A stretch of DNA of 64,000 bases from a virus, in IMG/VR virus record IMGVR_UViG_3300042898_002521, positions 1 to 64,000 of that record; one strand, given 5' to 3'. The notes beneath the pieces are model-generated. The model saw nothing but the letters and a program-made list of their open reading frames with translations. It ran no database searches and was not told where the DNA came from. A program made the translations under genes and the position numbers. Every line of letters starts with the position of its first letter. Positions within the stretch are counted from its first letter, which is position 1. Shown here in pieces: positions 45,348 through 56,322 of the stretch.

Positions 45348-45350
45348 GGT

Positions 45351-45662
45351 TTAACAAACCTCTATTTTTCCAAATTTAATAATGAACTTTCGCAGTTCTT
45401 CTGAAGACTCGTGAGCCCTATCAGTTTCTTCATCAGTTACTTCTGTAGAAATTTGTAATGGGTAAGTACCGTGGTTTTGTTTGACGCGTGAGGTTACAAA
45501 TTTAGTATGCTTGCACGTCCCACGTCCAGCGTATCCTGGACAAGTGCAGATAAAGTTTCTATCTCTGTTAATACTTACTTCAAAAATACCTGGGCCTGGG
45601 GTGCCTGAACCGCCTAAGAAAATCTGAACTAACTTGGTGTCTTCCATAACTCCCTCGCTCAT
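45351..45662 (-). CDS. SWIM zinc-finger protein
   Basis: CTCPG...CKH. Confidence 0.7.
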   Translation of the reverse strand: MSEGVMEDTKLVQIFLGGSGTPGPGIFEVSINRDRNFICTCPGYAGRGTCKHTKFVTSRVKQNHGTYPLQISTEVTDEETDRAHESSEELRKFIIKFGKIEVC

Positions 45663-46354
45663 TTTTTTCGTAAGTCTCCCTTAGTAGATTTTAGTTCAAT
45701 TGTGGCAAAAGCTTCGTGTATAAACGACCCAGTTGCTTCACCATACGCAGCGGACCAAGCATCTATGGGAAGATTTGTGGTAACTATGGTGGGAAGTCCT
45801 AGGTTAAATCTGGTACGCAAAATATGATGAAGCAAGTTCTTGTTCCAGCCACTGCCTGATACATGCTCTTTACCTACGTCATCAATGACTAGTACTCGAA
45901 TGTTATATGCATCGTCTTCGCACTCACCGTGCATACCTAAAAACAAACGCTCTTGCTCATCGGTTTTATCTGATCCCATCAATGCGCCTTTAAGTTCAAT
46001 AATGTCGTTATAAGTAGCAAAGTGACATGGCTTTACAAGAACTCTACCTTTGTTTACAGCAAAATCTTCTAAATCAAATGTCCGCATCATCTCTTGGATA
46101 ACCGCCAAAGAAAGAGTAGTCTTCCCATGCCCTGGCTCCCCAACAAGTAACAAGCCTTTGCCACAAATAGGTTTACCATCTGCACGGATTACGTCTCCAG
46201 ACTTAACCTTGCGTATCCAATTAGATACAAGTTTTAAGTCTTGCGCAGATACCTCTTTGCAGTCTGATAACTCCCAGCCCCTGCGGTTTGAAGGGACGTT
46301 AGCAATAGTTAACCAGGACTTACGTCGCACAGGTAACTCGCTAACATTAATCAT
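45659..46354 (-). CDS. DnaC/IstB-like AAA+ helicase loader
   Basis: GEPGHGKT, LVIDDVGKE, R.N..LPTIVTTNL. Confidence 0.85.
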   Translation of the reverse strand: MINVSELPVRRKSWLTIANVPSNRRGWELSDCKEVSAQDLKLVSNWIRKVKSGDVIRADGKPICGKGLLLVGEPGHGKTTLSLAVIQEMMRTFDLEDFAVNKGRVLVKPCHFATYNDIIELKGALMGSDKTDEQERLFLGMHGECEDDAYNIRVLVIDDVGKEHVSGSGWNKNLLHHILRTRFNLGLPTIVTTNLPIDAWSAAYGEATGSFIHEAFATIELKSTKGDLRKK

Positions 46355-46514
46355 TTGCTTCCTCTGACTTACCGCAACTGCAATTAGTGCACTTACAATC
46401 TGGGTTAGACTTCTCTGCTTTCTGAATCCACTCAGTTATGCGCTGAACAGATTCTGAAGTTAAACCTGCTTGACGGTAATCACGCTCAATACTTTCTTCA
46501 AACGCACGTTTCAT
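46347..46514 (-). CDS. hypothetical protein, 55 aa
   Basis: manual ORF MKRAFEESIE... between loader and initiator. Confidence 0.5.
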   Translation of the reverse strand: MKRAFEESIERDYRQAGLTSESVQRITEWIQKAEKSNPDCKCTNCSCGKSEEAND

Positions 46515-46515
46515 A

Positions 46516-47448
46516 TTACTCACTTAACCACTCCTGTGACTTAGCAGCTTGTAAAGCTGATGTTTCTTTTTCCTCTGGTGTTTGTACCATACGTTTTGCC
46601 TGTACTGCAAGTTCGGGTGAACGAGTAATAAACAGTTTCCACATATGCTCTCCGTCTTCGTACTTTTCAAACTTTGTAGTTTCAAAGAATAAATCTAACA
46701 TCTTGTACTCAGTCTCACCATCAGTCTGATGCACCATTCGCATTTTAGCAAATGCGCCTGTAATCCTGCGTACGGTAATGTTGTTTTTAATATGAAAATA
46801 CCGAGTTAAACGATCCATAAATTCATAAGCAACTTCGTTACTACCCCATTTTTCAACTGCAAGATCGTGACGAGAGCCTAACTTAGCCCTTTTCGTAGAA
46901 GTAAAAGTTGTCTGAGACTCCGCCATCTTAGCATCCCGTAGTTTACGCCGTTCTTCTTTACCGTCCTGAGTGTAATCATCTTCTGACTCATTTGCGTTAA
47001 AAAAATGATACGGCATTTCCTTCTCCTCTACCAAGATGTTAAATGTCTTGTCTTCGTTACGAGGGTTTCCCCTCGTAACTTCTTTACTAGTTATACTAGT
47101 TATATTATTAGGATTAATAAGCTGGTTCCCACTTAAAAGGACGACGGGTTTTCCGACCCCCGACCCCCACTCCGCAGTCGGATTATCCGACCGCGGCAAC
47201 CAGTCTCTGATGTACATCCAACCAAGGTCGGTAATGTCTTCAAAGTTGTTCCATTGTTTTTGCGGCCCTGTTTGATAGCTGCCTCTTTTGATCATGCCCG
47301 CTTCCTCAAGCTCCTTTAAAGCCCCGCTCCAATAGTCTCTACCGAACCCTGGAAAGGCCTCCATAAGCCCAGGCCTGGTCATGCGAACCTTACCTGTAGC
47401 TCCTGCCATAAGGGCAACTAGTGCCTTAGGCGATAACATGCTTATCAT
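46516..47448 (-). CDS. putative replication initiator (N-terminal wHTH)
   Basis: GRD..SGALKELEEAG.I.R wHTH; upstream of DnaC-like loader; internal iteron-like/AT-rich DNA. Confidence 0.6.
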   Translation of the reverse strand: MISMLSPKALVALMAGATGKVRMTRPGLMEAFPGFGRDYWSGALKELEEAGMIKRGSYQTGPQKQWNNFEDITDLGWMYIRDWLPRSDNPTAEWGSGVGKPVVLLSGNQLINPNNITSITSKEVTRGNPRNEDKTFNILVEEKEMPYHFFNANESEDDYTQDGKEERRKLRDAKMAESQTTFTSTKRAKLGSRHDLAVEKWGSNEVAYEFMDRLTRYFHIKNNITVRRITGAFAKMRMVHQTDGETEYKMLDLFFETTKFEKYEDGEHMWKLFITRSPELAVQAKRMVQTPEEKETSALQAAKSQEWLSE

Positions 47449-47981
47449 TTCTTTAATACTCGCTTTAACTCTTTGCCAATAGCCTCGGCAAAAATGTCAG
47501 CAATAATACGAACGGCTTCATATAGTGGGTCTTCAAATTCCTCTGGGTCCTCGTCATCCTCAGAGTCAGACTCAAGTTCTTCTTCCGTCATTTGTTCTTG
47601 TTCAGGAATAGCAGGTGCCGTAACAGCTTTGATTGAATCTTGAGGTACTAGTTCGTTAAGCCCCTCAGTCAAGTCAAACGCTGGAATTCCGTTTTCTTTA
47701 GCAATAGCAAGGCTAGATAAAGACTCAGGATCATCGTCATCCCAAAGAATGAACATAGCTGAGTTATCTGGCATATCCTCAGGGTTTGAAAGCTCTGTCT
47801 TAAACTCAATTTCCTTATCGGCAAGGTATTGTTTAAGCCAAACTTGACCCTCGGAAAGTCTAACAGGGTTAGCTAATGTAAACTTAATTTTTGGGTTAGC
47901 GTGAATGTAGTCATCTACTAAAGCCTCAACATTTGCACGGCTAGTTTTACCATTTCCCGTAACTATAATGTGGTCGTACAT
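47445..47981 (-). CDS. acidic hypothetical protein
   Basis: ORF track; AGGAG RBS. Confidence 0.7.
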   Translation of the reverse strand: MYDHIIVTGNGKTSRANVEALVDDYIHANPKIKFTLANPVRLSEGQVWLKQYLADKEIEFKTELSNPEDMPDNSAMFILWDDDDPESLSSLAIAKENGIPAFDLTEGLNELVPQDSIKAVTAPAIPEQEQMTEEELESDSEDDEDPEEFEDPLYEAVRIIADIFAEAIGKELKRVLKK

Positions 47982-48036
47982 AAAATCTCCTTATAGGTAG
48001 GAGACCTACTATACACGTACTGTTATAATTTACAAA

Positions 48037-51000
48037 TTAAGGTACATTCCAAGATGGAACTACATTATAATTCACAGTAAAATAAGGTTTTAGACTGTTA
48101 GAAGATACCGCGTGCCCATACACCTTACTGTAATAAGTTAACGAGGTTGAAGTAGGTGGTCCAAGCGTAAATCCTCTTACACCTCCATCGTATAGTAAAT
48201 CCCTAATAGTTGAGTTTAATGTAACTGTTACAGTAGTATCATCTGCATGGCTGTATGATTGTTTACGAGGGTTTATGGTACCAAAAGCTGTTTCTCCATA
48301 AGTATCCCAACTTGTACTTGAACCGCTTGCGTTTTCGTGAGTACCAATGTAAACGGTTCCAGGGTCTGTACCAGCAGCATTACCTCTAGATAAACGCAGC
48401 GTTGCAGAGTTAATTGCATTCGAAGCGTCAAGTTTTTCCCATGCTGGAAATGTCGTAAAGCCCATTGCACTCTTTTGTGTATCCCATGATGTGTCATAGT
48501 AACCAAAGTATAGGAAGTCTCCTTGACCTGTACGGACCGCATTAGAACCCGCGTAAGAACGAGAAATGTTAGCGTAAGCAACATCGGTTTCATTTACATA
48601 AATTGTGTAATACGCCTCATCACCAGCTACAGAAGTATAATTATTTTTAGTTGCACTAATAAAGAACTCAAAAGAAGTAGTTAAGTCAAGTGCTGGTGAC
48701 GCACTACTTAAAGTTAACGTTGCTTGACCGCTAGCGTTTGTAGTGCCTGTTGCTCTAGATGTGTAAGAAGATGCTGGGAATTGAACAGCACTCCAAGTAA
48801 TTGCTGCTCCTTCTACAGGTGTGTTGTACACATCAGTTACTTCAACTGTTACAGTTCCTGTAGATGCTATAGCTGGAGCTGACCCTCCTGGGGCATTAAA
48901 CGTACCTTGATGGTTATATGTATCAGCAACAACAACTACATATAAAGTATTGGATACAGGGTCAATAGTTACAGTATTGCTAATGGTTTGAGTGTATGTA
49001 GAGTCTTGAGCAACTACCATTCTAAAGTATCTAGCGGCTGTGGTATCAGCGGTCCATGTTATGTCGTTAGTTCCACTGCTAGTGTACGTGGTAAGGTCAC
49101 TCCAACCAGAAGTTCCTGTTGTAGATATTTGAATAGCTACCGACCTACCCGATTGTGTAACTCCACGCAATGTTGTGCCTGTGTTAAAGTACGGAGAAGC
49201 TCCCGAAGGAGCTGACAAAGAAGCCGACCCTTCAACTCTTACAGGTGTAGCCGTAGCAACAATTGCACTTGAAGTGCTTGATGTACCAATACTATTAACC
49301 GCAAGAACACGGAAGTTATACGCAGAGTCAGCAGTCAACCCATTTAATGTATAGGAGCTTGAACCCGCAGAAATTCCCGTAAGAGTTGTGTAAGTAGTAG
49401 TGCTAGTTAACTTATACCCAAGCGTGTAACTTGTAATTGGTGTGTTAACACTATTAACACTAGCGCCCGACCAAGTAATTGCAACCGTTGATGCGTTTAT
49501 TGAGCTTGCACTAACGCTGGTTGGGTTAAATGGAATTGAATACGAAAGCACGGAGTTACTTGAAGCAGACCAACTCAAGGTTGTAAGTTCAGAGTTTTTA
49601 GCTTTGACCTGGTACAAGTATGAAGTATTTGCAGATACAGAAGTATCAACATATGGAAGCGTAATAGAGAAGTTAGTTGCACCAACAGACGAGAACGATG
49701 TTGGAGAGCTAGTAAGTGCGCGTTGTATGTTGTAGCCACTAATAGCTGGGTTAGCTGTGTATGACCCTGTAACTGTAAGACTTGTTGTAGACGTAGATGA
49801 GTTGCTAGTTACAGGTGCGCTTATTGGATCGGCTAAATAGAATGCTTGTATAGAGTTACTCTCTACGTACGCGCTAGTTAATTGAGTATTTAAAGCCCTA
49901 ACTCTGTACTTGTAATAGATAGCAGAGGACGCGGCAGTATCAGAATACGAAGTTGCGGTAGGCGAACCAAGAGTTAAACTTGACCACCCAGAAAAAGTAG
50001 AGTTATTACTAGACGAGGCTCTTTGAAGTTCGTAACTTGTAACAGCTGGGTTTGCCGCAGAAACAGCACTCCACGATACAAGTAATCTGTTTGCAGTAGA
50101 GGCAACTGTAGCCGCAGTAGGAGTTGTTGTAGATATAAAGAATGGGTAAATTGCCGAGCTACTTGTGTAAGAACTATAAATATCTCCACCAACTCCAGCG
50201 GCGTACGCGGCTTTAGCCCTAATTCTATACGTGTAAGCCGTACTTCCATTTGCAGTTGCTGTTGTATCTGCATAAGCAAAAATAGAACTTGATGTAGTAG
50301 CTAAAGTTGACCATGAAGACCCGCCGTTAGAACTTCTATCAATTTCATATTGACTTATTGCAGCATTTGTTTCAGGAGCGCCCCAAGATAAAGAAACAGC
50401 ATTTGCCGTATTGGGCTTAGCCACTGCAGTTAAAGCAGATATTGCACTAATGTATAACGTAGTTACGCTACTAGTAGCCACTTGACTTGAAATAGAGTTT
50501 AACGCGCTAACTCTATAAGTGTAAGATACTCCAGAGGTTAAGCTTCCGTCTAAAACATAAGATGCAGAAGTAGAAACACTAGTAGCCGCAGTGCTAATTA
50601 CTGTGGTAGTTGTTCCAAGAATTCTTTCAACTGATACTGTTGCTTGAGGGTTAGATACGCCCAACGCGTCCCAGGTTACAAGAACACCGTTTCCAGAAGC
50701 AACTAATGATATTTCAGGAGAAATAAAATTAAAGTATTGCGGTCTAACAAGTTTTTCAGGCTGTGCAAATAATAACTCTGAAGACATTAACGAGCCATTA
50801 ATTGAATAGACTGTTGCATCACTACTAACAGCTAATGTTGCTGGGAAAGTTCCTCCGTATGTGAAGTCAGAACCTGGTTTAACACTAAAAGAAGTTGCAT
50901 TGTTTACTTTGTACACTAAAGCACTAGTTACGTTTGGCAGTACTCCAGTAGTTGCTGTAATGCCCGTTACTGTTACTTTAGCACCTTCAAAAATTGAGTG

Positions 51001-51096
51001 CGGGTTAGGCGTAGTGTACGTAATAAGAGTATTAGACTCTACAGTAGCAGTAGCTACTTGGGCAGCTGAGTTTCCCAAACTTGCTTTTTTAAGCAT
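48037..51096 (-). CDS. tail fibre / receptor-binding protein with fibronectin type III repeats
   Basis: repeated L.W...Y.I.R...W...Y.D...Y.YRV.A.N FnIII units; Ser/Thr-rich. Confidence 0.8.
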   Translation of the reverse strand: MLKKASLGNSAAQVATATVESNTLITYTTPNPHSIFEGAKVTVTGITATTGVLPNVTSALVYKVNNATSFSVKPGSDFTYGGTFPATLAVSSDATVYSINGSLMSSELLFAQPEKLVRPQYFNFISPEISLVASGNGVLVTWDALGVSNPQATVSVERILGTTTTVISTAATSVSTSASYVLDGSLTSGVSYTYRVSALNSISSQVATSSVTTLYISAISALTAVAKPNTANAVSLSWGAPETNAAISQYEIDRSSNGGSSWSTLATTSSSIFAYADTTATANGSTAYTYRIRAKAAYAAGVGGDIYSSYTSSSAIYPFFISTTTPTAATVASTANRLLVSWSAVSAANPAVTSYELQRASSSNNSTFSGWSSLTLGSPTATSYSDTAASSAIYYKYRVRALNTQLTSAYVESNSIQAFYLADPISAPVTSNSSTSTTSLTVTGSYTANPAISGYNIQRALTSSPTSFSSVGATNFSITLPYVDTSVSANTSYLYQVKAKNSELTTLSWSASSNSVLSYSIPFNPTSVSASSINASTVAITWSGASVNSVNTPITSYTLGYKLTSTTTYTTLTGISAGSSSYTLNGLTADSAYNFRVLAVNSIGTSSTSSAIVATATPVRVEGSASLSAPSGASPYFNTGTTLRGVTQSGRSVAIQISTTGTSGWSDLTTYTSSGTNDITWTADTTAARYFRMVVAQDSTYTQTISNTVTIDPVSNTLYVVVVADTYNHQGTFNAPGGSAPAIASTGTVTVEVTDVYNTPVEGAAITWSAVQFPASSYTSRATGTTNASGQATLTLSSASPALDLTTSFEFFISATKNNYTSVAGDEAYYTIYVNETDVAYANISRSYAGSNAVRTGQGDFLYFGYYDTSWDTQKSAMGFTTFPAWEKLDASNAINSATLRLSRGNAAGTDPGTVYIGTHENASGSSTSWDTYGETAFGTINPRKQSYSHADDTTVTVTLNSTIRDLLYDGGVRGFTLGPPTSTSLTYYSKVYGHAVSSNSLKPYFTVNYNVVPSWNVP

Positions 51097-54000
51097 AGTA
51101 AGTCACATCCGTAATTAATGAGTCTAGTTTACCAAATGTAGTTACCCTATCAATGTACAAATGGCTAGGGCTTAATCGAGCCGTAGCCTCCCACATTGAG
51201 TCTCTATCATCCGAGTAATTTTGTCCGTCGTAATCTCCGTCAAAGTAATAATCTAAAAACTCAGACTTTTCTGCCATTACTGCGTCTACTAAAAATGTAG
51301 CTGTGTTAGTCATTGCACTTAGTTTTCTAACAGAAACCGCAGCTCTAAAAACGCCGCTAGGGGCCGTACCTTTAACGGTTAACCTTGTCCATCCGCTAGC
51401 AGTAGTTATTGTTGTAGCGGTAGTAGTAGATAAAGTACCAAGTACTGCTGGGGAAGCTACACTGGAATCATACCAAACTACGTTAAGATCATAATTTGCG
51501 GAAGCCCCATTTGTTACTTTTACATAAGCACTAAATGTATATATCTCTCCACTGCTTACTTTTATTGGGTAAGACGTATCACTTGACACCACCCCGCTGT
51601 TAACCGCAGCGGCCGAAGCTACAACTGCTTCCAAAGAGGCTGAGCCTTTATAATAATCTGACGTTACCCTAGAGATTGTTACCGCAGAAGTACTTGCTGC
51701 TGCTGCCCAACTAGTAGTATTTGTTTCAAAAGAAGGATTAGGAACTAAGTTAGTTCTATTTGATTCTACTGTAATTTCAGAGGCTCTTGCATCTACAAAA
51801 TTTGTTGGGATTGACGCGGCGTAGCCTAAACAAATATCCCCAATAATATTAGCATTAGTAGCTGCATAAGTAAACGAATAATTACCTGTAGAAGCATTGT
51901 TAGTTACTGCTGTTATAGTAAAAGTTCCATCAAACGGCGCTCCTAAACCAGTAACACTAACCGTGCGATTAGCTACAAAGTTATTTTCTTCGCTAGTAGA
52001 TAAAGTAGCAAAGTCATCTGTAAGACTTCTGTAGGTTATTTGTATAGGGTGAGTAAATGAGGACGCGTCTACGTAATAACTTTCGGCAGAACCCATACTG
52101 TTAATAGCAAATGCAGGCTCAGCATAGGCCGCATTAACTGGACTAACTGCAGTTATATGATTTAAGTACCAAGCGTTTGCAGTAGATTGAGTAGCAGATG
52201 CCAACGATCCAGTAGCTGTAGTTCCTACTGATTCACCTTTTACGTTGTACCAAGATACTCTAACTTCAGTAGTCCTAGCAGTTCCTGCGCCTTTACTAAA
52301 GTACATCCCAAACGCATACGGTTTATTTGATTGAACCGCTTGCCAGGCTGTAGATGCTGCAGGAATATCTGAAGCAGGAGGTGGAGAAAGCCAAACAGAT
52401 TGGGCAGATGCTATTGATCCCCCAGTAGGATTAGATATAGATGCGGTTGCAGATGAACTTGTAGCAGAAGTTACGTAAGTTCCTTCTATAATTGAAATGC
52501 TTGAATTACCAGTAGGTAATAGCACGTAGTCATTTGTAGCTGCAATATTTGGTTTTAAACTTAATGAAGTAGCTCCGCTACTAGCCGTAGCAGTTAGCTC
52601 CGCTCTTTTAGGCCCTGTAGAGAACAAAGGGGACCCTGCGGTTGCGGCCGTTATTTTTCCCATTCCAGATACTATGTTATCTGAAAATTGAATAGTAGCA
52701 CCGCTCAAAGGAGTGCCTGGAGTTAAATTAACTATAAAAGTAGTTGAACTTTCAACATACGTTACTACGGTACCAACAGCAAACGCTCCAGTTCCAGAGG
52801 ATACGTTAACGCGCATACCAGAACGTATTTTTGAAGTGTCTGCGCCTGATAAAGTTACAGTTTTTCCCACAGAAGATGCGGTAGCAAGAGTTAAGTTCCA
52901 GTTTGCGTAAGAAGCTAGGCTTCCATCAACAGGCCCTACTAAAGTTAAAAGGCTTGAAAAAGGAGCACTAGTCCCATACGCAGCGGAGTTTCTAGGGTAC
53001 CAATCCCCAGTGTTTTCTACAAACGAAGAAGTATTGTAATCGTGTAAATAGTTAGTCCCCGCTTGTATTGAAACTGGGTATCCGCTATGTGATTCAAGTT
53101 GATTAGCTACACCAATAGAAGAACCTGAAGTCGAGTAGTTTCTAATAAGATTTGCTAATAATGTTCTAGCTTGAATTAAACTACTTACGTTTTCGTAAGA
53201 ACCGCCCAATTGTTTTATTAATAGTTTTAGTAATGGCTCATCAACTGTTTTTGGATCGGACATCTCAAATACAGCTTTATTTGAAGTACGGTAAAGGTCT
53301 ATATGAAAAGCAAACAAACTTAAAAAGTCTTTTAAATCTTGGTTGTCTTGACCTCTAGCATTAAGTTTATATATTGCAGGGAGGTGTTGACGAATTGTTT
53401 CTACCGTCCCAGCATTAATAATAGCAAAACTAGATGCTTGATTTAATTTTTTCCATCTACGAGTGGCTCCGTCGTTATACTCCGCAAATAATGAATAATA
53501 GTATTTTGGAGAGTTTAATGGGCTACCAGTAACGCCTTTACCTGGGTTGGAAGTTAACGCAGAGCTAGTTCCTGTATCGTATATGTGAAATGATCCCTCT
53601 ACACCCAGTTCAATTTCTGTTACCCTACCTCCAATAAGAGACGCAGGTATTCTAATTTTATCTCCCACATTATAGTTAGAGCCGCTATTTCTAAGCGTAA
53701 CTGTTGTTGTAGCAGTAGTTCCGTTACCTACTCTAGACACGTCAAAAGTTGCACCCCTACCTTTTGATGACCCTACCGAAACTCCTGCTAAATTAGTATA
53801 CGTAAACGTACCGCTATCAGGAATTATTTTTGATTTGTCATACGTAACAGTACTAAACCCAGTAGCTGTAATACCTTTTTGAGTTCCTCCTAAAGCCGTT
53901 ACGGTTAAAACTAGATCAGTAACTAGTGGAGTAGCAGTAGTTGAAACATACCCAATGCTAGCTTTTGGTATTGTTAAAGTATCCCCAACAGCATACCCAC

Positions 54001-54412
54001 TACCGTATGAAATAATTTCAACTTCAATCACGGCTCCAAGGTCTGCTGATGCTCGTGCTACATTAAATTTTGCACCTTTTGTATCACCACTTGCAGTCAG
54101 GTTTGTATAGTACACATAGTCTTCGGATAACGGAGCGTTACCCCCACCAGCGTAAGTAAGAGCTCCAAGAGAATTTGCACCAGAAACGGCTGTAGCTACA
54201 GTAATAATTATAGATTCAGGTCCTTCAGAAAATATAGCTACGCCATCATTAATGTTTCTAGGGTATCCAGACGTGTTTCTAATTATTCTTAAGTCTGTCC
54301 AATCAGTTGCTTCAGAAGGAGGTTCCCAAGCAATATGATTAATTAAATAGTTAGATGGTTGTGCGGAAACCTCTGAAGTAAAAAGAGCATCAAGGCTATT
54401 TACTAAAGGCAT
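51089..54412 (-). CDS. baseplate/tail protein with carbohydrate-binding-like domains
   Basis: LP.IY...LKDFLSLFAF gpI-like segment; NLVPNPSFE CBM-like domain; YFDG. Confidence 0.75.
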   Translation of the reverse strand: MPLVNSLDALFTSEVSAQPSNYLINHIAWEPPSEATDWTDLRIIRNTSGYPRNINDGVAIFSEGPESIIITVATAVSGANSLGALTYAGGGNAPLSEDYVYYTNLTASGDTKGAKFNVARASADLGAVIEVEIISYGSGYAVGDTLTIPKASIGYVSTTATPLVTDLVLTVTALGGTQKGITATGFSTVTYDKSKIIPDSGTFTYTNLAGVSVGSSKGRGATFDVSRVGNGTTATTTVTLRNSGSNYNVGDKIRIPASLIGGRVTEIELGVEGSFHIYDTGTSSALTSNPGKGVTGSPLNSPKYYYSLFAEYNDGATRRWKKLNQASSFAIINAGTVETIRQHLPAIYKLNARGQDNQDLKDFLSLFAFHIDLYRTSNKAVFEMSDPKTVDEPLLKLLIKQLGGSYENVSSLIQARTLLANLIRNYSTSGSSIGVANQLESHSGYPVSIQAGTNYLHDYNTSSFVENTGDWYPRNSAAYGTSAPFSSLLTLVGPVDGSLASYANWNLTLATASSVGKTVTLSGADTSKIRSGMRVNVSSGTGAFAVGTVVTYVESSTTFIVNLTPGTPLSGATIQFSDNIVSGMGKITAATAGSPLFSTGPKRAELTATASSGATSLSLKPNIAATNDYVLLPTGNSSISIIEGTYVTSATSSSATASISNPTGGSIASAQSVWLSPPPASDIPAASTAWQAVQSNKPYAFGMYFSKGAGTARTTEVRVSWYNVKGESVGTTATGSLASATQSTANAWYLNHITAVSPVNAAYAEPAFAINSMGSAESYYVDASSFTHPIQITYRSLTDDFATLSTSEENNFVANRTVSVTGLGAPFDGTFTITAVTNNASTGNYSFTYAATNANIIGDICLGYAASIPTNFVDARASEITVESNRTNLVPNPSFETNTTSWAAAASTSAVTISRVTSDYYKGSASLEAVVASAAAVNSGVVSSDTSYPIKVSSGEIYTFSAYVKVTNGASANYDLNVVWYDSSVASPAVLGTLSTTTATTITTASGWTRLTVKGTAPSGVFRAAVSVRKLSAMTNTATFLVDAVMAEKSEFLDYYFDGDYDGQNYSDDRDSMWEATARLSPSHLYIDRVTTFGKLDSLITDVTYYA

Positions 54413-56322
54413 TAACTAGCACCGCCCGTAGTAATAATGTTAATGTACGAGCTCTCAAGAATTGGAACTTCATTTACAGAGCACGATAGGTCTGCTACGT
54501 TTCCGTAACCTTGAATAACAATTGCTGTTCCACTACTTACTGTTGAAGATGGGGCAGTACTAACGGTTACCCCACCCGTTGTAGCGTTTGCAACAGCAGT
54601 AGATGTAGAACCCGAAGCAGCTGTTGCTACAATAGTAAACTGTGTTGCAGTAGCGCTAGCAATTGGTAAAGTTACGTTGTACTGAGTGCTAGTTGCTCCA
54701 GTAACTGCCACCGTTTGCCCAGGAACAAACGTGTTGCCTGCCGTGTAGGTAATGACCGTTCCTGATGAGGTATAAGAAATTGCTGTAATACTGGCACTAG
54801 TTCCAGCTAAGCTAGATATGGTTGCGTTATTAAAAGCCGTTGGAGAAATGATTCTAGGCTTAACTGTTCCAGATGACCATAATCCAGCTGTGCTGTCTAC
54901 TATTAACACGGTTGACCCTGTAGTAGCGTTAGTCTGTAGAGTTGCAGTTTGGCTATAGATTCCTGAACCGCTACTTGGGTTGCTAATAAACTTTTCAAAG
55001 TCATTTATAATGACATACTCAACCCCATCTACGGCATTACAAGTTGCGTAAATGTCACCCAAAGTAATTAAATCATTAAAAGTAACGTTTGCAAAGTTTA
55101 GTAACGTTTCTAAAGCATCCGCTACAGCAGCTCCTACAAGAGCCGCGTTATATTGATTGCGAACATGAACAGTAACTGTTAAGTATGGGTAAACCGCAGT
55201 AAAATCTTGAATAGACACAGTTGTTCCAGGTGGAATTTTATCAACAAAATACTCAGACACAGTTTGTTTAAACGCAGTGGTAGTTAATCTACCGCCAGAA
55301 GCAGCAATAAATAAAACAATAGAAGCTAAATTTGTTGCCATAGCATTTGCTTTTTCTACCCCGTTAAACTGCACGGCAAGACTTGCGTAGTCTTTTAGAG
55401 ACACTGCCCTATCTAAAGCTCTTAAAGAAAGCGGAGCATTTATTCTAACGGAGTCAGTAGGTTCAGCATCAGTTCCTCCAGAAAAACCAAGCGCGTTATT
55501 TACAGAAATTCCAAACTCGTTTACAGTTTTTACTGAGCTAGCCGCCACATTTCCAGCAGCGCCTGCGGTTGATGAGTACCTGTAAGTTACTGAAATTGAA
55601 GACCCGTTTGGTGGAATGCGGCCAGATACCCCATCACCAAACACTACATACGTAATTCCAGCGCCATCAGTATAAGTGTAGTAAACAGCGTCCGTGCTAT
55701 TTGCGTCAATAATAAAATTAATTTTACTGTAGTTAATCCCACCAACAGTAACAGTAATTCCTGATCCAGTTATTACTCCAGTATTTAATAAAGGAAATTC
55801 TTGGTTAGGCGTGCCGATAGACGTGCCTACAGTTTCTGTTATAACTTTTCCTTGAGTTACTGTGGCAGTTTTTGTACCATTAACAATACCAACTTGTGGC
55901 GGCACTGTTACTGTGGAGTCAACAGTAAAAATTATTGCTGGATTAATTCCGTCAGACGTTGTAGAGACTTCAGTTCCAGCAACAATGTCTTTTTCAATAG
56001 CTTCAGAGTTACTAAATGTTACTGTGCCCGTTGCGGCATTAACCTCGTTTGGAATATAATTTAATAATTTAGCTAAATTAAGAACTGTTTCTCTTTGGGT
56101 AGCCGTAGAAATAAATGATTCATTAGCTGCTCTGTCAATTTGGTAGTTAAGGAGATCACCAAGATAAGCAAACAATTCAAGCAATACAATGCCAAAGTCT
56201 CCCGAGTCACGGGAAGTCCACTGAGGAGCAAAATTTGGGATAAGAGCTTTAAGGTCTTTACTTAAAGACGCGTAGTCCCTAGATGTGTAATCTACCTGTG
56301 GTAGGTATAAATTGTCAGCCAC
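54412..56322 (-). CDS. baseplate wedge protein (gpJ / T4 gp6-like)
   Basis: DYTSRDY, D.GIVLLE.FAY, FGDG..G.IP, GG.D.E, RAVSL.DY. Confidence 0.88.
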   Translation of the reverse strand: MADNLYLPQVDYTSRDYASLSKDLKALIPNFAPQWTSRDSGDFGIVLLELFAYLGDLLNYQIDRAANESFISTATQRETVLNLAKLLNYIPNEVNAATGTVTFSNSEAIEKDIVAGTEVSTTSDGINPAIIFTVDSTVTVPPQVGIVNGTKTATVTQGKVITETVGTSIGTPNQEFPLLNTGVITGSGITVTVGGINYSKINFIIDANSTDAVYYTYTDGAGITYVVFGDGVSGRIPPNGSSISVTYRYSSTAGAAGNVAASSVKTVNEFGISVNNALGFSGGTDAEPTDSVRINAPLSLRALDRAVSLKDYASLAVQFNGVEKANAMATNLASIVLFIAASGGRLTTTAFKQTVSEYFVDKIPPGTTVSIQDFTAVYPYLTVTVHVRNQYNAALVGAAVADALETLLNFANVTFNDLITLGDIYATCNAVDGVEYVIINDFEKFISNPSSGSGIYSQTATLQTNATTGSTVLIVDSTAGLWSSGTVKPRIISPTAFNNATISSLAGTSASITAISYTSSGTVITYTAGNTFVPGQTVAVTGATSTQYNVTLPIASATATQFTIVATAASGSTSTAVANATTGGVTVSTAPSSTVSSGTAIVIQGYGNVADLSCSVNEVPILESSYINIITTGGAS

